Program-made: the position numbers and the translations under genes | Shown: positions 59,709 to 64,000 of the stretch, one piece after another | Position numbering within the stretch: position 1 is the first letter of the stretch | Layout of the letters: each line of letters opens with the position of its first letter | Assembly (NCBI GenBank): GCA_963783885.1 | Contig: CAWAPJ010000001.1 | Coordinates: forward strand, 1-64,000 | Length of the DNA stretch: 64,000 nt | Direction of reading: 5' to 3' | From: Waddliaceae bacterium | GTDB taxonomy: Bacteria > Chlamydiota > Chlamydiia > Chlamydiales > SLFE01 | The notes under the pieces: generated by a model | What the model was told of the DNA's origin: nothing | The model's database searches: none | Seen by the model: only the letters and a program-made list of their open reading frames with translations

Positions 59709-60176
59709 ATGCCTAAATCCCCCTTAACCAATATTGTTGATGACCTTGTAAAAAGCCTCGGCCTCAATATCGAGATAAAAGACAGCCCTTCCTATACCTT
59801 CACATTGGGAGGTCGGGCCATGCAGATCGAAATGGACGATGAAGGAGAATTTGTCATCGTCAGCGCCCTTCTGGGAAAGGTTCCCTCAGGTATGTATAGG
59901 CAAAATGTTCTCGAGCAAGCCTTAAAATCCAATGGCTACCCGCCCCCGTACTTCGGTATTTTAGGTTTCGATGCCTCCTCCGAAAGCCTGGTTTTGCACC
60001 GCCGCTTTCCCCTTTCAAAAATGACAAAAAAATCCTTAATCGAACAGCTTCCCGGTTTTATTGAAATGGCCAAAAACTGGGAAAGGGCTTTGAGCAGCTC
60101 GACAACGCCGGTTGCCTCAAAACCCGACCCGTCCCAAGCCCCCGACATCCTGGAAATCTTGGGAATTAAAAAATGA
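59709..60176 (+). CDS. scc1: Type III secretion chaperone, CesT/SycE family (Scc1)
   Basis: LGKVP.G.YR..VLEQAL..NG......GILG, F...A..W; lies between the gatekeeper and malQ. Confidence 0.8.
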   Translation: MPKSPLTNIVDDLVKSLGLNIEIKDSPSYTFTLGGRAMQIEMDDEGEFVIVSALLGKVPSGMYRQNVLEQALKSNGYPPPYFGILGFDASSESLVLHRRFPLSKMTKKSLIEQLPGFIEMAKNWERALSSSTTPVASKPDPSQAPDILEILGIKK

Positions 60177-61754
60177 CCGTTGATGATGAGACTTTGCAAG
60201 CGATTAGGCAAACCGCTGCAGCCGGGCAATGGGAAAAAGTCGGCATCAAGCATCATCACGGCATTCTCACGCCCGTTTTTTCTTTAAGAAGCCTAGACAG
60301 CATGGGCATCGGCGAATATTCCGACCTGATGTATCTGGTGGATTGGTGCGCTGATCTCGGGATGAACGTCATCCAGATCCTTCCCGTCAACGACCCGGGC
60401 CTCGATTCGAGCCCTTATAACGCCATTTCCGCAAATGCCTTAAACCCCCTCAATCTCGGTTTGAGGCACCTTCCCGATTTCTTTGAAACAGAAGACATCT
60501 ATACCCTGACAGAACTCAACAAGCTCCAAAGGGTCGATTATCCGAAAGTCCGGATTCACAAATTCAATTATCTGAAGGATTACTTTGCCAAAGTCGGCAA
60601 GCAAATCGTAGAATCGGAAGAATACAAACACTTTGTCAATGACAATCCCTGGCTGAAAGGATATTCCGTCTTCAAAATTTTGAAGATAGGACACGACTGG
60701 AGATCCTGGCAAACATGGGACGAGGAAGTCCGCACGCCAAGCGATAAGCTCCTCGACCGTATCAAAAAAGAAATGTCTGAGGAGTACAATTTTCATATCT
60801 TTGTGCAGTTTTTGTGCTTCAAACAACTCCAGGACGTCAAAAAAGCCGCCAATCGGAAAGGTATTTTGCTCAAAGGTGATATTCCGATCCTTATCAGCCC
60901 CGACAGCGAAGAAGTGTGGTGCCACCGCAGTCTTTTCGATCTGGGACTCTCCGCGGGAGCGCCTCCGGATATCTATAATGTCGACGGGCAGAACTGGGGC
61001 TTTCCCCTTTTCAATTGGGACAAATTGAAAGAGCAGGATTATCATTGGTGGAAACTGCGTCTCGACACCGCTTCGAAGCTCTATGACATATACCGCCTGG
61101 ACCACATAATGGGTTTTTTCCGAATATGGGCCATACCGGACGACATTCCTCCTGATCGACGGGTACTACGTCCCCAACGGCCACGCCGAATGGTATAAAG
61201 CGGGCAAAGAACGCCTTGAAATGATGCTCAGCTGCTCCGAAATGCTGCCTATCGGCGAGGATCTCGGAACCGTTCCTGAAGGGGTGCACGATGTGATGGA
61301 AAAAATGGGAATCCCCGGCATGAGGGTCCTTCGTTTAAAGAGAAGCGACTACAGCCTCGCCTGGTCGAAAAAATTCCCCGCGCTCAGCCTTAGCACCGTC
61401 TCGACCCACGATGGAGAAACCGTCGATCTTTGGTGGCGCAACAATCCTGAAGAAGTCGATATTTTCTGCTATTATAAGCGTTGGAAGCACACCCCGCTGA
61501 TCACGCAAGAGCAGCGAATTAAACTCCTTCAAGAGAGCCACAGCAGCACCAGCCTCTTCCACATCAACCTCCTTTCCGAATACCTGGCCCTTTTTCCCGA
61601 ACTTGTGTGGGAAAATATGGAAGACGAGAGGATCAACCGTCCCGGCGTAATGTCAGACCGCAACTGGAGCATCCGCCACCGTCCGCTTCTTGAAGAAATC
61701 GCCAGCCACAAATCCCTAAAAGATGTCATCAAAAACGAAATCCTCTCTTGCTGA
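60173..61754 (+). CDS. malQ: 4-alpha-glucanotransferase (amylomaltase, GH77) with one frameshift near 61145-61156
   Basis: PVFSLRS..GIGE, QILPVND, SSPY, KGDIP, GAPPD, QNWGFP, RLDH..GFFR.W; continues in another frame IDGYYVP...GEDLG, STHD, ERINRPG...NW. Confidence 0.93.
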
Positions 61755-61901
61755 CCACCGCTTCTGCCAACGCTGCATTCCTAATGGAGTTGTTCTCTAA
61801 TTGCTGATTTAGCAAATGAAAGACTAACGGTTACCAGTATTGATGACCATTTATGCTATTCCCTCTTGAGAATTACGGCCATACCCGTTATCTTAAAAAG
61901 C

Positions 61902-63428
61902 ATGAAAGGGCTATGGATCGTCTTACTGGTGCTCGTCGCGGCCCAAGTCTATGGAAACGACAAAAAACTCAGGACATTGCTAAGCAGCCTCGACCCGAAA
62001 TCCGTCTCGCAAAATCTAGCCTTTTATCAACTCTATCCCGAAACAACTGAAGGACATACAGCCCTCCAAAGGGCTTGGGGGCTTATATCGGGCCGCCCCG
62101 GCCAGCCGGGGGCTCTCGCAGCGCTCCCCTCCTCAGACGCCCTGCAGGCGCTGATCTCCCTTGTCAATAAGCAGCCGGAAGAAAAACCGCCCCCTCTTAC
62201 AGCTCAAGACCTAGGGACAATCAATCAACTCTCACGGGGGCTGAAAAATCGAAAGCTCAAGGGATTCGGCGCCTCAAGGGAAGAGGACGTGATCAGGCTT
62301 CCCCCCGAAGAAATCGATCTCGCCAGGGGACTCTTCTTAAGCCAGCTTGGACGAAACATTGTATCGTGGGATGAAATTTACACTTACGAGGCCATGATGG
62401 ACTTGATGGCCTTGCAAATCCAAGCGCGCCTTGGCCCTTATCCCGAACCGGAAGAAGTTGTCAGAGAAATGAATCGATTTGTCTTCGAAGAGATGGAGTT
62501 CCGGTTCCCTCCACACTCCGTTTACTCTAAAGACATCGACCTCTACACCTTTCTTCCCAATGTTCTCGACTCCAGAAGAGGGGTCTGCCTTGGAGTCTCT
62601 ATTCTCTATCTTTGCCTGGCTCAGAGACTCGGCGTCCCCCTGGAAATTATCACTCCTCCCGGCCACATCTATGTCCGCTACCGCAAAGGGGACCATATCA
62701 TCAATATCGAGACGACGGCGCGGGGAATAGATATGGAGTCGGAGGCCTATCTCGGCATGAATACGAGAAGTCTTCAAAAGAGGAATCTCAAAGAAACCAT
62801 CGGGTTTGCCCATGTGAACCAGGCATCGATTTTCTTAAATAAAGAGCACATACAAAAAGCCAGGGATTGTTATGAAATCGCCTTAAATTATATCGAGAAC
62901 GACTCGCAAATTTCAGAACTTTACGCCTATTCCCTCATGCTGACAGGGGAAAAAGAAAAAGGGCTGAACCTCTTGCAAAAAACGCATGCGGCGATCCCCG
63001 AATATGCCGTGATCAAAGACCCTTTGAGCGAGGACCTGCTTTTCGGCAACACCGACGAAGAAGGTCTTTATTCCTGCTTTCACTATGTTGACGACCAAAG
63101 GCAGTCGCTGATTAAAAAAAAGGAAATGCTTCAAGCCACTCTGGAAAAGCAGCCCCTTTTTCGAAGCGGCTGGCTCAACCTCGGCATCACACTTACTCAG
63201 CTGCATCGCGAAGGCGAGGCACTTGACATCCTAAAAAAGCTTCATAAGCTCGATGCCAACAACCCCACCGTCGAATACATTTTAACGATCCTTTGCGCCA
63301 AACGATTTGAATTTGACGAGGCCTGGAAGCACTGCCATAAAGCTGAAGAGATTGTCCTCTCCAGAGGCCATATGCCGAGAGCTTTGAAAGAATTAAAAAA
63401 ACAACTCTCTATTCTGTATCCCGAGTGA
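61902..63428 (+). CDS. Exported transglutaminase-like (SirB1-type) + TPR protein
   Basis: Signal peptide; FLPNVLDSRRGVCLGVSILY, PPGHIYVR, NIETT; C-terminal TPR-like helices. Confidence 0.85.
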   Translation: MKGLWIVLLVLVAAQVYGNDKKLRTLLSSLDPKSVSQNLAFYQLYPETTEGHTALQRAWGLISGRPGQPGALAALPSSDALQALISLVNKQPEEKPPPLTAQDLGTINQLSRGLKNRKLKGFGASREEDVIRLPPEEIDLARGLFLSQLGRNIVSWDEIYTYEAMMDLMALQIQARLGPYPEPEEVVREMNRFVFEEMEFRFPPHSVYSKDIDLYTFLPNVLDSRRGVCLGVSILYLCLAQRLGVPLEIITPPGHIYVRYRKGDHIINIETTARGIDMESEAYLGMNTRSLQKRNLKETIGFAHVNQASIFLNKEHIQKARDCYEIALNYIENDSQISELYAYSLMLTGEKEKGLNLLQKTHAAIPEYAVIKDPLSEDLLFGNTDEEGLYSCFHYVDDQRQSLIKKKEMLQATLEKQPLFRSGWLNLGITLTQLHREGEALDILKKLHKLDANNPTVEYILTILCAKRFEFDEAWKHCHKAEEIVLSRGHMPRALKELKKQLSILYPE

Positions 63429-63437
63429 GGTGCCCCT

Positions 63438-63998
63438 ATGATAGGATCTCAAAATATCATCAGACCAAATACCGAGTTCGGGAAATCACTGGCAAAATTA
63501 GGTTATCCCATTGCAAAAACACTCTCCTTATCTCAATCCTGTTCAAAAACTCTGAAAAGAGCCTGGGAATGCATCGGCTCAAACAGCGCCGAAACCTATC
63601 GGATTGAAGGGCTGATCTTTTCCCCGATTTCCTTTTCCCGATTTACAGAATCACTAAAAACCGCTCGATGCAGGCGCCTGATACTCACAGACATTACATT
63701 CAAAACAGGATCGCTTTCTGTCCACATTCCCAATCTCCTTCAAAGAACCTCATCCAACAGCCGCATTCGTCATTTGGCCTTAAATCGCTGTCAACTGTCC
63801 TACGAGCATGCCTATCTGATCGCCTGCCATTTGCAAAGAACAGACCTCAAAAGCCTCGATCTGACCGAAAATGCCTTGGGACTCGAGGAGCAAAAACTTC
63901 TGCTTCCAGTTAGAATGAATCAAGAAGTTACTTTAAATTGCGACCCTTTAAATAGGGAAGATCAAAAAACATTTGACGCATATATAGAAAAACTTTAA
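63438..63998 (+). CDS. Short LRR-containing hypothetical protein
   Basis: GAGGTG SD; IRHLALNRCQL, LKSLDLTENALG. Confidence 0.7.
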   Translation: MIGSQNIIRPNTEFGKSLAKLGYPIAKTLSLSQSCSKTLKRAWECIGSNSAETYRIEGLIFSPISFSRFTESLKTARCRRLILTDITFKTGSLSVHIPNLLQRTSSNSRIRHLALNRCQLSYEHAYLIACHLQRTDLKSLDLTENALGLEEQKLLLPVRMNQEVTLNCDPLNREDQKTFDAYIEKL

Positions 63999-64000
63999 TA

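Noticed and set aside
1-64000. CRISPR array, rRNA, prophage or integrase
   Set aside because: No regularly spaced repeats, rRNA-like sequence, phage genes or recombinase motifs seen.

Overview
Chromosomal segment of an environmental Chlamydiota (Parachlamydiales-like) bacterium. The assignment rests on the double-length UvrA, the rpsA-nusA-infB-rbfA-truB-ribF / ychF / sctU-sctV-sctW-scc1-malQ gene order and several BTB/LRR effector-like genes. Most of the window is housekeeping genes plus a type III secretion sub-locus. The main finding is an AT-rich island of about 3.4 kb (4988-8407) lying between two ~750-bp direct copies of the valS 3' end. After repairing two compensating homopolymer frameshifts that the ORF track misses, it encodes a ~635-aa protein with a signal peptide, a 2x CxxC motif, TPRs, a linker and a C-terminal Ntox50-like RNase toxin domain, followed 8 nt later by a small immunity-like gene. 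This is a candidate secreted polymorphic toxin system in an intracellular lineage. Other notable items: an IS982 element with a 28-bp G-U-containing hairpin just inside each terminal repeat; a catalytically degenerate ThrRS paralog at the thrS position, 8 nt behind tRNA-Val; a T3SS gatekeeper apparently split YopN/TyeA-style; and a large protein with papain-like motifs. Single-base indels in valS and malQ suggest the assembly has some homopolymer errors. All family calls are from motif recognition by eye; no searches were run.
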